DNA of 63,828 nucleotides, filler included, from Octopus bimaculoides (lineage: Eukaryota): the NCBI RefSeq assembly GCF_001194135.2. It is 7 parts of 7 records of this genome, joined end to end, with 100 filler letters (N's around TTAATTAATTAA, not from the genome) between each part and the next. Parts side by side here need not be neighbours in the genome. Positions count along the whole stretch, not along the records: positions 61,436 to 63,828 come from NW_026335688.1; 6 more parts are not named here. One strand, written 5' to 3'. The position numbers and the translations under genes were made by a program. Below, piece by piece: positions 63,092 to 63,828 of the stretch (positions within the stretch are counted from its first letter, which is position 1; the number at the start of each line of letters is the position of its first letter). Below the pieces are notes generated by a model, which saw nothing but the letters and a program-made list of their open reading frames with translations, searched no databases and was not told the origin of the DNA.

Positions 63092-63162
63092 TGGGAAAAG
63101 TTGGACTCGAACCCACATCCAAGACTCTGGCTGAGAGCTTTACCATTAAGCCAAACTGCCCC
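63092..63162 (-). pseudogene. tRNA-like pseudogene or SINE head
   Basis: TGGCTTAATGGTAAAGC (A box/D arm) and GTGGGTTCGAGTCC (B box); anticodon arm and acceptor stem defective. Confidence 0.5.
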
Positions 63163-63516
63163 CTGACAAATTCATATTTGTTTTCTACGAAGACAATATC
63201 GCACAGCAAATGTCTTAGACGTTCTATTGTGGAAGAACTTGTTTAAAATAATGTACACAAGTTTATTATGCGATGCTAATAACTTTCTTATACCAAAATA
63301 ATTATGCTTCTGATACGAAATAATTTTCTATATTTAAAAAAAAGATTTCACTTTAACAGATAATGATTTTTTAATTATCTATACGAAGTGCAGCAGTAAT
63401 TTTTTACTACTTTACACACAAAGTGAACTAGGATTTCTTCTTTTTACTTGATATCCAAAACGATGGTTAAAAAATGTCGAATCACTGACATTAGCTAACA
63501 TTTTCATCGGAATTTT

Positions 63517-63734
63517 AGGCGACGAGCTGGCAGAACCGTTAGCACGTCGAGCAAAACGCTTAGCGGCATTTCGTTCTTCAGTATGTTCTCGGTTCAAATT
63601 TCGCCAAGGTCGACATTACCTTTCACTTTTTGGAAGCGATAAAATAAGTACCAGTTAAGTAGTTGGGGTGATGTAATCGATTTATCACCCTCCCCGAAAT
63701 TGCTGGTCTTGTGCCAAAATCTGAAATCAATATT
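63517..63734 (+). mobile_element. SINE-A, full length
   Basis: AGGCGACGAGCTGGCAGAACCGTTAGCAC...GGTTCAAATTTCGCC...GTCTTGTGCCAAAATCTGAAA. Confidence 0.9.
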
Positions 63735-63828
63735 TGCATCGGAATGTATTTTGATATATGTTCGAGAGTCCCTATGTATGTATTTCATGTTATTTGCACT
63801 GTTGGTGACGTCCTGTATACATGTATAT

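Noticed and set aside
61462-63162. Functional tRNA genes
   Set aside because: All three tRNA-like units have defective anticodon loops, T arms or acceptor stems, so they are reported as pseudogene-like only.

Overview
AT-rich, microsatellite-saturated eukaryotic draft sequence. It most resembles a coleoid cephalopod (Octopus-like) assembly; this is inferred from the tRNA-derived SINE repertoire and the microsatellite load. Six identical 100-bp artificial spacers (44 N + TTAATTAATTAA + 44 N) split the window into seven pieces whose adjacency is not supported by sequence, and there are many further N gaps. I cannot support any intact protein-coding gene, rRNA, functional tRNA or CRISPR array. 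Nearly all long ORFs in the track are microsatellite or N-gap artefacts. The real content is: dozens of tRNA-derived SINEs (labelled here SINE-A, -B and -C, plus an old family D); decayed IS630-Tc1-mariner transposons (maT/DD37D-like, two mariners, two Tc1, a Tigger-like MITE); hAT MITEs; non-LTR fragments (R4/Dong, RTE, CR1); and a probable non-autonomous Helitron. The leads most worth a second look are a perfect 112-bp palindrome centred on (AT)15, an inverted pair of tRNA-like units with 28-bp inverted repeats, a hairpin-dense GC-rich element, modular and concatemeric SINE architecture, and a few non-repetitive islands with regulatory, micro-exon or smORF signals. All of these are leads, not demonstrated systems.
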